Source of the DNA: Octopus sinensis
Lineage: Eukaryota
Assembly: GCF_006345805.1 (NCBI RefSeq)
Contig: NC_043003.1
Span: forward strand, 8,308,001 to 8,372,000
DNA: 64,000 bases
Reading direction: 5' to 3'
The translations under genes were made by a program, and so were the position numbers. Within the stretch, counting starts at the first letter, position 1, and every line of letters starts with the position of its first letter. Below the pieces are notes generated by a model. The model saw only the letters and a list, made by a program, of their open reading frames with translations, searched no databases and was not told the DNA's origin. This document shows, piece by piece, positions 26,655 to 40,348 of this stretch.

Positions 26655-28119
26655 CGCGTTCGCCACCACAACCTCGTTTAGGCTTAGCAGTCCTTCCTGT
26701 TTGTGTTACCTATTTTGACCCTCCGAAAAATCCCACTTTTTATTTAATTTGCTTTGCGGGAGCAACTGTTTTATCGAAAGCGCATATTGTTTTTAAATGC
26801 TCGAAATACGAGACTAGAAAAACAGCAAACGACTGATGACGATTCGTTCTTTATGTTGTTTGTTTTGTTTTCTATTTGTGCCTTTAGTTGTTCGAATGAA
26901 TAATCCTTGTTCCATGTACTCGTGCTACGTACTTTTCTGTTGTATACGTTTTGTGTCTTCCTGTGCCCACATATGCATATATATATATATACGTAGAGAT
27001 GTAAGTATGTATATATGCGTATGTAAACGTGCATATATATATATTATTTATATTATTATATGTGTGTACATGCGCATACATACGGATATTTGGATGACCA
27101 TTAAGTCACTTTTATTCATTTAGTTCACACAAACTTTTACTGGTTCTGTTCTTCCTTCCGCAGGGCATTCTCAGTTCATTGAACTATATAAATAGGTTCG
27201 AAAATCAGTGACATATTTTCGACAGAGTCCTCAGGGAGAAAACCATATAGAAAAGTACTTAAGACCGTCATTGAAAGTCCTTTTTACTCAACTGAAATGA
27301 TCGTAATAAGAAGGAAAGTAATTTGGTTTATTCCAAATTAAATTAAAAACGAGAGAGTAGGAGGTTTCCTACAACTTCAGTCAACCAATGTTAAATGTAA
27401 CTTTGCAGAGTGGGTTAATAGTATAAATGATGCAAATACAAATTCGTGGACTATGATAATGTCCAATTTATAGATTGGAATTTATAAATTATGAAGCGTT
27501 TAACTAGTTTTCATTAACGTAAATATTTATTAACGACAAAATCATGAGAAATACATCACAATTAGAATTTGAAAATGTTATTAGATATAAAGTTCCCAAG
27601 AGAAGTGTTGAGAAAAGAGAGCTGAAAGACATAGTGAATAAGAAAGGTGGTTATAGAATTAGTTTGACAGCAGATGTGCAGGCTTACAGACAAACCGACT
27701 GACTAATTAGTAAAGAGACGGATAAATTACAATCGAAGGTAGGGGGTCAGTTTAAATGAAGAAATAACTCTACTCTTTAAGAGCATTGGTAGAAATAAAC
27801 TATAATTTATATGGAGATATTAATGACGCACAGCACTAAATCAACGGAAGGACTTGAGCTACTATTTGTGAAGTTAGTGTTAGTTGAAAGCGATTATATA
27901 GCATTTTAAAAGGATATTAATTGCAATACAACGCGACTGGACGTCTTTATCGTGATTACCTCTAATGTATACCTACAGCATAAGCAATTAGTGTATTATT
28001 GCACTTTAAACATATATCTAAAGTACACATCTATTAGTAATACTATTAGTAAGAAAGATATATCTGAACAAATGTTATAGTTATGTTTATGTGGCTCTTT
28101 TTCCATGATAAATAATCTT

Positions 28120-28512
28120 TTTATCATAGGCAAAAGGCCTGAAGTTTTGGGGAAGGGGACTAGTCGGGTACAATGACTCCAGAATTTAACTGGTACTTAA
28201 TTTATCGACCCCGAAAGGATTAAAGTCAAAGTCGACCTCGGCGGAATTTGAACTCAGAACGTAACGGCAGACGAAATATCTGTTTCTTTACTACCCTCAA
28301 GGGGCTAAACACAAAGGGGACAAACAAGGACAGACACACGGATCAAGTCGATTACATCGACCCCAGTGCGTAACTACTACTTATTTAATCGACCCCGAAG
28401 GGATGAAAGACAAAGTCGACCTCGGCGGAATTTGAACTCAGAATGTCGCGACGGGCGAACTACCGCTAAGCATTTCGTCCACCGTGCTAACAACTCCGCC
28501 GGCTCACCGCCT
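28120..28512 (-). mobile_element. Two joined S1 SINE copies
   Basis: Head at about 28510; tail-to-body junction at 28280/1. Confidence 0.85.
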
Positions 28513-29990
28513 TGTCCATGATAAATAATAATAATAAAATGGTTCCTAAGAAAATCATATATGTCTCTAAGCATATGGAGTGTTGTTCTGTTGCATGCGA
28601 TATGCTGAGAATAAGATTAAACTCAAATGGTTGAGGCCTACCGAATTCAACAAGAACTGTGTAATTAAATGAAAGTATATTCTCGTATATTTTTTATAAG
28701 TTAGAAGGCGACTGTAAGAGAGTTAGCAGTTGATTAATATCGGTGAATGAATCATGGCATATTTTGGACGCCACCGAGGATGTCAATGCTGTCCTGTATA
28801 CATGAGCGGTACTCAATGTGGGTCTCATTTGAAATTTATAAATGGTCAACACCAATCAGTTATGTATTTCTTGGTCTTAAAGTTAGATACTGGCTTAATT
28901 TTTGAAAATTAGTCCTGTTACATTTATTCATGTGGATGTCGAAGCGGTTTGGTAGAGACTGAGGGTCATCAATATTTAGCGATTTTGAGGGGATTAGCTG
29001 TAAGATGTTAATAACTAGAAAGAGGAACCTACATTACGTTTCTTTAAAATTTATAGTGATTGAGACTTCGAATTATTGAGATAACATCATCATGATTAAC
29101 CTAAATGGGTTTGGATATCATGTTTTCAGTTCAAACATATTTTCAGCGTCACAAACCATGGAAGCTGTGCACACCGGTCACAACATATTCAAGTTTCTTG
29201 TGGCCGATGCATTTGTATAGAAATGCTGAGCTTCTCTTGCTTCTGTTATCTTTAGCATAACAAGACACAATTTTCGCAGGATTCAGACTTACTAAAGCGC
29301 ACAAAGCAATTACTCCTGAATTAAACAGTAATTTTTTTGCATGGATTCAAGTGACAGATTGATTGCAAATAAAGTATGTGAGTTTATATCTTTTTCAATA
29401 ATATCAGCTGTGTGGCTGGAATCATTTTGTTTAAACAGGAAATCGAAGTCTTCAGCATAATTAAATAATACTATATCACACAGCTATTTGGAGGTCTAGT
29501 TTTACTGAACAAATTCAACTTACAATGTTCGCGATATATCACATAAATATTTTTGAATGTGTGAGTATTCTAGCCAATAATAATAATCACGAATTTGTAT
29601 ATGGTCGTATTATACACTGGCGTTTGAAGCTAAGCTTTTCTCCAGAGAGAAAGAAATATGTTAATGAACAAACGTATTTACACAGCTATACATTATAATG
29701 AAATAAAAATGAAAATTTCCTGCGCAGGTCCACATAAATTCTCTAGACGGGTTGTTTATGGCTCGGAATGTGTTCATGTGTTGGCAGATGTCATCTGCTT
29801 TAAAATATGACATCGCATTTCGCTAATGTTTGGTTTATTCTTTTCGTGTTAGCCTCAAATGTGATTCTATTTCTTTAAAACCGTTGCTATTTTTCCCGTT
29901 CATTGATGTATTTTTATAGCGAAATAATCAACTCGAAGTTATAGTTCAATAAAATAAACTTTCGAAATAATTTTAAAATTATCTTCAATG

Positions 29991-30512
29991 TAATAGGTGA
30001 TTGAAAAATAACTTCCTATTTTAAAATACTTATGAATTATTCATTAATTGTAATTTTTACAAATAAAATGGATATGAGAGGAAAGGTTGTAGTATGAGGT
30101 TTTAATTTAAAATTTGATTTGGGCTCCAGGTGTCGCCACCAGCTTCTTGATTCGCCCAGGAATTGCATCAACTGATTTCACCAGGAACTCTTGTAGGATG
30201 GAAGACATATACCTTCTCCTATTTGCCTTCCAAGTTCTTCCAAATCTTTATTTTGGTACAGTAGTCTTGTATCTTTAACCAACCCCAAAGAAAGAAGCCA
30301 CAAAACATTAAATCAGGACTCTTGGCTGGCCACTCATGCGGACCACGACGACCCATCCATCTCCCGGGGAGGTGGGCATTCAGCCATTCACAATTGCAGA
30401 TTAAATTATCATACTTCGAAAACAAACACAAATGAATTTGAGAAAACAATTACAATTAATGAATAATTTATAAGTATTCTAATCTAGGGAGTCACTTTTC
30501 GATCACCCTGTA
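29991..30512 (-). mobile_element. Internally deleted Tc1/mariner DNA transposon
   Basis: About 65-bp imperfect TIRs (right end TACAGGGTGATCGAAAAGTGACTCCC in reverse complement) and the transposase C-terminal motif GRWMGRRGPHEWPAKSPDLMFCGFFLWGWLK. Confidence 0.85.
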
Positions 30513-30819
30513 AAAGGCTTACAATTTTCCAATTTTGGATTTTCTTTTGGTGATGGTGGCTTCATTCCTACGCTTATATTTGTTCATCGTTAACTTGTTA
30601 CATGTCAAACAATTCTTTTCTGAAGGTATTTTAGTTCACCTTCAACGCTATAAAAGTGGCGAACTGGCAGAATCGTCAGCGAGTAGAACAAAATACAAAA
30701 TGCATTTTCCCAGCTCTTTGCGTTCTCATTTCAAATCCTACTGAGGTTAACATTGCCTTTCATCACTTCGAGGTCGATAAACTATAGTGTCAGTCAAGTA
30801 GTAAAAAAACAGAAAAAAC

Positions 30820-31100
30820 TGGCACTTCGTCGGTTCCGACGACGAGTGTTCCAGCTGATCCGATCAACGGAACAGCCGGCATGTGAAATAAACGTGCAAG
30901 CGGCTGAGCTCTCCACAGACACGCGAGCCCTTCATGTAATTCTCAGGGATATTCAGTATGACACAGAATGTGACCCTCATTTTTGCCAGGACTAGAGCTA
31001 CGCCAAATAAAGCTTCTTGCTCAAAGACACAGCGCGCCTCCGGGAATCGAATTTACCATTTAACGATCGTGAGCCGAATACTCAGGCCACTAACGTACGC
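30820..31100. mobile_element. SINE-like repeat (same family as 63825-64000) plus a tRNA-head remnant
   Basis: CAACGGAACAGC...GTGAAATAAACGTGCAAG.GGCTGAGC.CTCCACAGACAC is shared with 63860-64000. Confidence 0.7.
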
Positions 31101-32983
31101 CCTTTCACTCAGTCAAGTACTAGGGCCGATATAATTGCCTTGTATCCTCCCCTCAAAAACTGTTGGCCTTGTGTCCTGCAAGACCGACATCTTGTTCAAG
31201 GGAATGCTGTAGTCTCAGTCACCTACATGCTGTGGAACTCGGGTTACCGACTCTACGGTTCCTTAGGCTCGAGAAAAAAAACTGTCCTACAATGGCATAC
31301 AATAACGCGGAATTGAATGTTAATTATCAAATTTCGAAGTTCCAAGTGACTTTACTAGGTACGTAGACTCCTGATATTTATGCATAGGTCTTACAGTAAG
31401 TCATACATAATTAATATAAGACTGGATTGACTATGTTCAGTCCACTGCAGGATGAAGGCGTCAATATGTTCTCCCCATCAAGCACGGCCTCCTGATGTGA
31501 AGACCGTGAAATTGAGCTTGAGATAATAGTGGTTTGATGAGCATAATCTGCCACACTGGCACGGCATGGCATGGAATTAAAATGATATCTTTATTAACAA
31601 GAAAATATCATTATCGGATAATTATTGCCAGTTTAAAAAGGAAACGGAAACAATTTATTTTAAACGAACTTATGTATGGAATTTATAGCTGAAATAAATC
31701 TAATCTATAGTAGTTTCGGGATCAACAGGTAGTGTATGATTAGATCTCGTTTGTAAAGTATAGTCTAACTGATATTTCGTATACTTTTTTACTCTTTTTA
31801 CTTGTTTCAGTCATTTGACTGCGGCCATGCTGGAGCACCGCCTTTAGTCGAGCAAATCGACCCAGGGACTTATTCTTTGTAAGCCCAGTACTTATTCTAT
31901 CGGTCTCTTTTGCCGAACCGCTAGGTGTCGGGGACGTAAACACACCAGCATCGGTTGTCAAGCAATGCTAGGGGAACAAACACAGACACACACACTTATA
32001 TATATATATACATATATACGACAGGCTTCTTTCAGTTTCCGTCTGCCAAATCCACTCACAAGGCATTGGTCGTCCCGGGGCTATAGCAGAAGACACTTGC
32101 CCAAGGTGCCACGCAGTGGGACTGAACCCGGAACCATGTGGTTGGTTAGCAAGCTACTTACCAAACAGCCACTCCTGCGTATATGTGTATCACATATGAA
32201 ACATATTCCCAAGGTCTTTCAATTACCATAGTGAGTTGGGACTTATGAAAAGAAAACTTGTATTATTCAGAACTTATGAGACAAGGGGTAAGGAAATGTT
32301 TCAAAACAAGCATGGATGCTATTTGAGATAAACTTATGAAAAGTGCTTTGGCCAGGCAAAGAGTTAAGCAATATTTACTGATGCTTATATTATCAAAATC
32401 GCTATATTTTTGTATATCCAGTAGAAAACTATTCAGTGACAGTAGTTATTATTGCAACTGTGTCATTTCCCCATATACAATTACAACATGATATGTTTAT
32501 TTATTCAAGTCCGTGTATCTAACGTATTTACAACCAAGGAAATATATTGATACGACGAGTCAAAAAGAAATAATTATTCATTTGTATCAACAAGTGTAAG
32601 CACATTCAGATCACTTGTAAGGTTAGGCATGTGTTAAGATAACATGAAATAACAGAATTACTGGATCTTTACGGCTGTTGTAAGAAAGATAGCTTTTAGG
32701 CATTTCACAAGGACGGTCACAACGCTATCATGTTGGTTGGTTGAACTGAGACAATGCCTGCTATTCATCGACCTTTGTACACATCGCTTCAGTAGTCAGA
32801 ACTTTATAAAAGTTAATGCGTTTGGTATACATTCAAAAACTTATAAGGCAAACCAACATTTATGTCTCGTAATCTCCTGATATATATCAATGGTTTATGC
32901 AAATAGCAGAATATAAGAAGAGCATTATTTAGTCGAACAGGACAAATTCATGGGATTTTATTTAGGCGATTATTTATTTAGTA

Positions 32984-33391
32984 TATACGAGCAGTATCGC
33001 CCGGCGTTGCTCGGGTTTGTAAGGGAAATAACTATATAAGCATTTTTAGAGAGTTATAGCCAAAAAATAGCAAAAAAACTGTGTTAAAAATGGAAAAAAA
33101 ATTATGGTAAATTTTTTTTTAAAACGTTGACTCATCGTAGACATTTTTAGAGAGTTACTTCCCTTATATACCCTTATATAATAGCGAAAAAATGGAAAAA
33201 AAATTATGGTAAATTATTTTTAAGATCGTAGACTCATCGTAGACGCGCGCTAATGCCTAGAAGGGCTCGATATGAATCACGACTATAAGATACCCGGTTT
33301 TGGTTAAACTGCACAGCAAAATGTGAGAGTAGTAAGGAATCTAAATCGTAGGAGACAGACAGCACACAACCTCTCTTTTATATATAAAGAT
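32984..33391 (+). mobile_element. Non-autonomous Helitron/Helentron-like (DINE-1-type) element
   Basis: Starts TATACGAGCAGTATCGCCCGGCGTTGCTCGGG (terminal hairpin), has internal duplications, and ends CTTTTATATATAAAGAT, ends typical of this class. Confidence 0.65.
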
Positions 33392-33989
33392 TATGGAGAA
33401 GGCACACAGTCAAGTGGTTAGAGTGATCCATGTACAATCTTACGACGGTGAATTGGATTGTCAGACCGGGTGGTGTGTCGTGTCTTTGCGTAAAACGCTT
33501 CATTGTTAGGTTCAAGGCGAAGAAGTGGCAGTGTGGTTAATGAGGTTGTTTCCCATACATGTGGTCTTGCGTTCAATGCCACCGAATGGTATCTTGAGCA
33601 GGTGTTTTCTATGACACCGGACCGATCAATGTGTTGTGACTGAGTGAGTTAGACGGAAAGAAAAAGAAGCCCACAGATTGTATGTATGTCTGGGTTCAGT
33701 TTTATTTCAAGATTTCTTGCCAATAGGGGAGAGCCGGTTTCTAATCTAGATCCAAGGCACCTTCACTGGAATTACAACATGAACAACAGAGTAACTTTAA
33801 GAAGCTCACCCGATTGTTTGAATGTATGTATGTGTGTATGTATGTATTTACATATATATATATACATACATATAGACACATATGTATGTGCATGTGTGTG
33901 TGTGCGTGCTTATGTATATGTATATATATATACACACTGTATACGCACTTACACACGACAGGCTTCTTTCATTTTCCGTCTAACAAATC

Positions 33990-34212
33990 CAAGGTTTTGA
34001 CTGCTTGTACTGCTTTTGTGCCGTCGGCATAGCTAGTAAGTGTGACTGTCTGTGCAACTGAATGAGCCACCATGAACAGCAATACAGGTCCCCAATACAG
34101 CAACGGCCCCAATACAGTTCCCCAATACAGCAACGGCCCCAATACAGTTCCCCAATACAGCAACGGCCCCAATACAGTTCCCCAATACAGCAACGGCCCC
34201 AATACAGTTCCC
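33990..34212 (-). pseudogene. Reverse-transcriptase fragment with a 30-bp tandem expansion, inserted in an S2 SINE
   Basis: Encodes (GTVLGPLLYW)n then FMVAHSVAQTVTLTSYADGTKAVQAVK; an inverted near-copy of 36495-36633. Confidence 0.75.
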
Positions 34213-35187
34213 TCACAAGGCTTTGGTCGACTCGAGGGTATAATAGTAGCAACTTGTCCAAGGTGCCACGCAGTGGGACTAAACCCAGAACTATATGGTT
34301 GTAAAACAAAATTCTCATTGCATTTTTGCGTATATCATAATCTATTAAAACCAAGTAGACAGTATATAAACTCTTTCGACATGTGTTGAATACAGTAATT
34401 CCTTGACAAACATTATTAATTAGAAATGAAAATGAGATAAATATCAACCGTACCGGATTACAATGAATATCATTTTAATTTAAATCACATACAATGTCTA
34501 GCACAAACTACAAGAATAATGATTTACTTCAATCCAAATATTTGCTACACTATCCCTCAAAATCTCAATATCGATTAAAATATATTTCTTTTATTAATCT
34601 GAAAGATTACTTTTACGACTATTAAAGATTGTTTCCATTCAAAGTGGCTCCCTGGCAATGCGACCAATTTTTTTTGTTTTCGTTAATTTTGCCAGCTCTT
34701 CTGGCAAGCAATCAAATCTCCGTTATTAATCGCTTTCCGAAATGTTTACAAATATGTTTGCTTCCCGTAATGTCACGCTGGGTTCCAACGTCAATCTTTT
34801 GCGTAATAACAAAGATAAACGAGCCAAGAAGCAACAGATTGTCATAAAGTAAAAAGAAAATTTAGTTTAATATCTTGAGTAACATTTCTTCGTTAGCACA
34901 CATAAATTATCGTCAGACCATATGTTTTTATGTGAATGTATCTGTGTACGTGTTTACGTGTGTGCTTCTGTGTGTGGCGTATTTATGTAAATAGATAGGT
35001 ATTGGTACCTGTAAATATATTTTAATACACATATATGTATACAAGGATATATATACCAACACACACATGCGTTCACATACGTATATATACATCACTCATC
35101 ACTGCGTGTGCCTAGTTGTGTTTACTGTGTATATATATATATATATGTATGTCTATACACACACACACACACATACACACACACACG

Positions 35188-35233
<46 letters not shown>

Positions 35234-35692
35234 GGTGCAGGAGTGGCTGTGTGGTAGGTAGCTTGCTTGCCAACCGCATGGTTCCCGGCTCAGTCTCACT
35301 GCGAGGCACCTTGTGAAAGTGTCTTCTACCATAGCCTGGGGCCGACCAAAGATTTGGTAGACGGAAACTGAAAGAAGCCCGTCGTATAGATATATATATA
35401 TGTATATATTTATATATATATATACATTTATATATAATTATATATGTGTGTGTGCGTGTGTGTATGCATGTTTGTGTGTCTGTGTTTGTCCCCCAACCAT
35501 CGCTTGACAACCGATGATGGTGTATTTACGTCCCGTAACTTAGCAGCTCGGCAAAATAGACCGATAGGATAAGTACTAGGCTTACAAAGAATAAGATTTG
35601 TTCGGCTAAATGTGGTGCTCCAGCATGGCCAGAGTCAAATGACTGAAACAAGTAAAAGAATAAAAGAATATATATATAATTACATATATACA

Positions 35693-35798
<106 letters not shown>

Positions 35799-35804
35799 AT
35801 ATAT

Positions 35805-35838
<34 letters not shown>

Positions 35839-36379
35839 CCTACGTATATATATATACACGTATACGTACGTGTGTGTTTGTGTGCGTCTGTCTGTGTTCT
35901 AGCTGTAAAATTAGATAAATCACTCAACGTGGAATATAAATTATAAATGTTCTATTTATGTATTCAAGAAAATTCGGTTGAGATTATTGCAGAGAAAAGA
36001 CAAAACGAAAGAGAAACAATATTAGGTCATGTGACAAAAGTAATATATTCAAATTACGTCCGTGAGTTAACAAGAAACTTTATGCTCCATTACAATTCTA
36101 CGTGCTCACAAATATACGTACACAGTGCATAGCTACACAAAAAATATTTGCATACATAATGTGTGCGTATGTATGTGTGTGTGTGGGGTGTACATATGCA
36201 TGAGATGGGCGATGTACATCCGGGAAGATGTTACGCCTGTGGCCCTGCTGTCACATTCAAACTCAGTCTGTAGCACTTTGGTGGTACACATTAAACAGAT
36301 AAAAATAGTAATATGCACTACATATCGCATGCGTGATGCTCCAAACTATGGGGACTCCTTTAGGGAAATGTCAGAAGCT

Positions 36380-37750
36380 GCGGACACTCGGCCTAGCCGG
36401 GATACTGGGAGACGGGTTGCATGACTTCTTATAACACAGAAGCCAATGAAACCCTCTCCAAGGTGACATTGATAAAGAGTGGAGTACCTCAGGGAACTGT
36501 ATTGGGGCCGTTGCTGTATTGGGGAACTGTATCGGGGCCGTTGCTGTTCATGGTGGCTCTTTCAGTTGTACAGGCAGTCACACTTACTAGCTATACCGAC
36601 GGCACCAAAGCAGTACAAGCAGTCAAGAACCTTCTGATGGGGGCTAATGCAGTTTCGCACCTCTACTTGGAAAATGCAAGTTTTTTGAAAAAAAAAATTT
36701 TCTGATTCCTACGTTTTAGATGACAGAAATTACGAATACGCAATTTTTTTTTTAATTTAGCCCCCACCTCACCCACCTACTCCCCAAATTTAAATTTCTG
36801 ATTTTGTTTACTTTAAAGAGATCGTAGCGGATTGACGAGCATATGCAACTCGAAATTAAATCCAGACAAAAACATTGAAGTGAAGAGAATTTGCGTTTTA
36901 CTTGTGTAAATAAGAATTTAATGTAAATTAAATACACCATTTTATGAGAAACAAACATTAATGTTTAATGATTAACGTTATAAAGTTTAATAAGGGGCTC
37001 GATTTCCACCCCTTCCCTCAATTTTAAATTTTGAACTTTTTCATCCATTTATTTATTTATCCGTCTATCCATTTATCCCTGTCCGTTTATTCGTAAGATA
37101 TATTTGTTAAATAAATGTGGCGGTCATATAGAAGTTACTGTTACTGTTGTTTTTAACCCCAGGAAGACATTAATATCTAGCTATTTCTTTATACACCTAT
37201 CTATATGCTTATTGAATTTAAAATTTTGAAAACCTGGTTTCTTGCATATTCGGAATCTCCGTCATCGAAAACATATGGAGAAAACATTTCGAAAAAGTTC
37301 AAAATTTTAAGAGGGTGGTCAATGGTGGTGGTGGTGATGATGGTGGGGGGGGTTACAAATTATTTTTGCATATTTGTAATCTCCGACATCTTAAACGTAG
37401 GAATCCGAAAAGAATTTTTTTTTAATGCATTTGTCAAGGAGAGGTGCGAAACTGCATTAGCACCTTCTGATGCTAATCTTAAACAGAAATTTCTAGATTC
37501 CAAATATACAAATACACTGAAAAAGAGAAGAACTACTAGCTAATCGGTACTCAGAAACAGCGACGACGATACTTCGGACAAAAAGTGCAGCAAGCTCAGT
37601 CACGAACAGTGAGTGATCTGGAGATTGATATGAGCAACGATGCGTCGTTTCACGTGCACATCACCAAGATGGTGGCAGCGTGGTGGCGAATGGCCGGATG
37701 GATTCTGAGACACTTCAGAACAAAGGAATAGGAAACTATGTTGGTTCCAT
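36380..37750 (+). pseudogene. Decayed CR1-group RT fragment interrupted by a MITE
   Basis: SGVPQGTVLGPLL...SYTDGTK before the MITE; DMSNDASFHVHITKMVAAWWRMAGWILRHF after it. Confidence 0.75.
36640..37464. mobile_element. MITE with about 110-bp TIRs and an 8-bp TSD (Merlin-like by inference)
   Basis: Ends GGGGCTAATGCAGTTTCGCACCTCT / AGAGGTGCGAAACTGCATTAGCACC; TTCTGATG is duplicated at 36632-36639 and 37465-37472. Confidence 0.85.
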
Positions 37751-37817
37751 GGAAATTGAAACTGCTATCCTACGACTGCGAGTCTGCTTCCCTTAGCCAC
37801 GGGGCCATTGCGACTCC

Positions 37818-37863
<46 letters not shown>

Positions 37864-38126
37864 ATATAAATATGTAAAAAATATATAAATATATATATAT
37901 ATGTATGTATGTATGTATATATATTATATATGTATATATATATGTATATATAAGTATATATGTGTGTGTGTATATGTATATATATATATATATCTATATA
38001 TATCTATCTATATATATATATATATACCGGAGTAAACACATAAATGTGAAACAAGGTGGAAAAAACTGTCTGATTGTTGAATTTTCTGTGCTTAAAATAA
38101 AGTATATATATATATATATATATATA

Positions 38127-38206
<80 letters not shown>

Positions 38207-38244
38207 GTATATATATATATATATAATATATATTATAATACATA

Positions 38245-38300
<56 letters not shown>

Positions 38301-38316
38301 TATAATATATTATATA

Positions 38317-38348
<32 letters not shown>

Positions 38349-38518
38349 TATCTATATATATATATATATATATAATTTATATATAGAGGGCATTATACAT
38401 ACATGCCAGGAAGCATTGTATATACATGCCAAACGCTAAGAGGGACAATCAGTCATTTCTACCAAAAATATTACTAATCCCACCGAATGCAATTTTTCAA
38501 AGTAAACATTTAAAATAT

Positions 38519-38566
38519 AGGCCTGTATCACAGTGATTTCATACTTACGTAATCATCAGCAGGCCT
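38519..38566 (-). ncRNA. Type I hammerhead ribozyme (family D, inverted arm)
   Basis: Exact reverse complement of 40809-40856. Confidence 0.85.
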
Positions 38567-38629
38567 GAATGTATTATAAATAAACAACGACCCTGCCTCG
38601 CTTAGCCGATCAGCTAACTGATCAACATC

Positions 38630-40348
38630 TATTTCTTTATTACCCACTAGGGGCCACGAAGAGGGAACATTACAAAACATGGGGGACATAACAATGCGAT
38701 TAAAATTATGATTAAATGAATGTTAAAATGAAAAAATGATAACATGAAAGCGATGCTAACGGCCCCCTCCGCCAGCATCACTTACCTTTCGTTTCCTATC
38801 ACGATTCCAAAGTTTTTCACCTCACCTTTCATTTCTCTCTCATATCTCTCTATCATATCATCCTTCATAAATGCTGTTATACAATTTATACGTAGTTCAT
38901 TGCACTTGCTCATCAAAGAGCCCATGAGTTCAAAATCGAATACCGCATAACTTCCGTCCTCATACTCCTGCCATACATCGTCTTCAAATAGCCTTCTTGC
39001 GTTCTCAGTATCCCCCTTCCCCACAACACATAAAAAGTAGGACTGGGGCTTTTGTATGTTCTGTGTGTCTGTTTTCGTTTTTCTTGTAGGCGGGGAGTGG
39101 GTGGGATTGCTGTTTGCGGGGGCAGGATGGGTCTCCAAGGGTGTGGGTGGTATTGGGGTGGTTGGGGCTTCGCACAGTTTTTCCTTTCTTTTCTTTCTTC
39201 TCTTCTCTTCTTTCTGCCCTCCTCACACTCTTTTTGCCTCTCCATCTCCTCCTCCTCTGTCATTTTCCCTTTCCGTCTGCTTCTCTTTAATTTCTTCTTC
39301 TTTTGGGGCCTCCTCTTTTGTAGTTTCCTCAACGATTTCCTTTTCTCTTGGTGGGGGAGGGCAGAAGGCTCTTATGTGGCCCCTCAGGCCACACTTGTAA
39401 CAACGTGGAGCTCTGCCCTCCACCCACACTCTCATAATCACGTCTCCCAATTTAATGCTCTCTCCGCCAGGTCCACCAGTACCTCGCTCTCCGCCTGCAC
39501 GTTCAGCTCCACTATTACGCCTCTCCAGCCCTCGGTCTTGACCGAGCATGGAGAATATCTACTTTCTCCTCGTGGCCGCTGATCACAGCCGCCACAATCC
39601 ACTCAGCCTCCACGTTTGGTGGCACTCCCTCCACCCTTACTCGTGTGATCCTTCTATTCAAGTACATAGGTAAAAGTGTTACCCTTTCTGACTTCACCGC
39701 CTTCACCGCCATCCTCCTCGCTGCAGTCTCACTTTTAAAATGCACCACTACAGTACCGTACTTCGATCCTCGAGTCAGAAAAATGATTTCCTCCTCCTCC
39801 GATCTTCTCAGGGCCTCCTCTATCCATTCCATGTTTACGATCTCTATTTTCTTTCTATCGTTCACGAACACCCTGTAAATTATGGTCCTCTTATTGTACC
39901 ATTCCTTTCTCTTTGGTGGTGGTTCCAGTTCCACCTCGCCGCTGTCCTCCTCCTCATATACCTCTGGAAACCTGGCATTTTTTCTAGGTTTATTTCTTTT
40001 TCCTGTTCCGTCTTCTTTTTTGCAACTCCTGCGTACGTTTTCCTGTTTTTTGTCTCCACATTATTTACATCACCGATTTGCTCGTCTTCAGAGTTCGATG
40101 TCTCCGACAAGCTCTCAAATATCCATTCTTCCTCCGACTCCTCCACTAGGTAGTGGTCATCCATTTCCTCCTCCCGCCTGACAGGCCAAAACGGCCGTCA
40201 AAACAGAAAAAGTGTTACGCGCAGAACAGTGGAACGCGAAACCGCTTTAACGCCGTTCAAAATTACCACAACAACAACAACAATTCTTTTTGATCTTTTT
40301 TTTACCGAATTTTACGAGCGTAAAAAAACACGACCGAACTCAAACTGA
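38630..40348 (-). mobile_element. ORF1-only non-LTR retroelement (about 1.72 kb) with a 23-bp TSD
   Basis: CGATCAGCTAACTGATCAACATC is duplicated at 38607-38629 and 40349-40371; the 5-prime end starts TCAGTT; the 3-prime end is ...GTGGGTAATAAAGAAATA; no RT or endonuclease sequence inside. Confidence 0.85.
38782..40164 (-). CDS. Frameshifted Tx1/L1-type ORF1 (gag-like nucleic-acid chaperone) with a CCHC zinc knuckle
   Basis: Overlapping ORFs 39880-40164, 39515-39934, 39223-39549, 38913-39332 and 38782-39138 join into one product with an acidic N-terminus, RRM-like TRVRVEGVPP, and CYKCGLRGHIRAFC (CX2CX4HX4C). Breaks may be mutations or consensus errors. Confidence 0.7.

Noticed and set aside
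12395-26900. CTGATGA in the 12190/22730/26650 repeat family as a hammerhead
   Set aside because: GAAA is present in only one copy and I could not form stems I and III; left unassigned.
27580-27720. hAT transposase remnant (RISLTADV resembles the SLTTD motif)
   Set aside because: A single short motif among stops; no TIRs or further motifs.
5845-34212. CRISPR-like arrays (43-bp, 76-bp and 30-bp repeats)
   Set aside because: Contiguous tandem repeats without unique spacers, in eukaryotic DNA with no cas genes.
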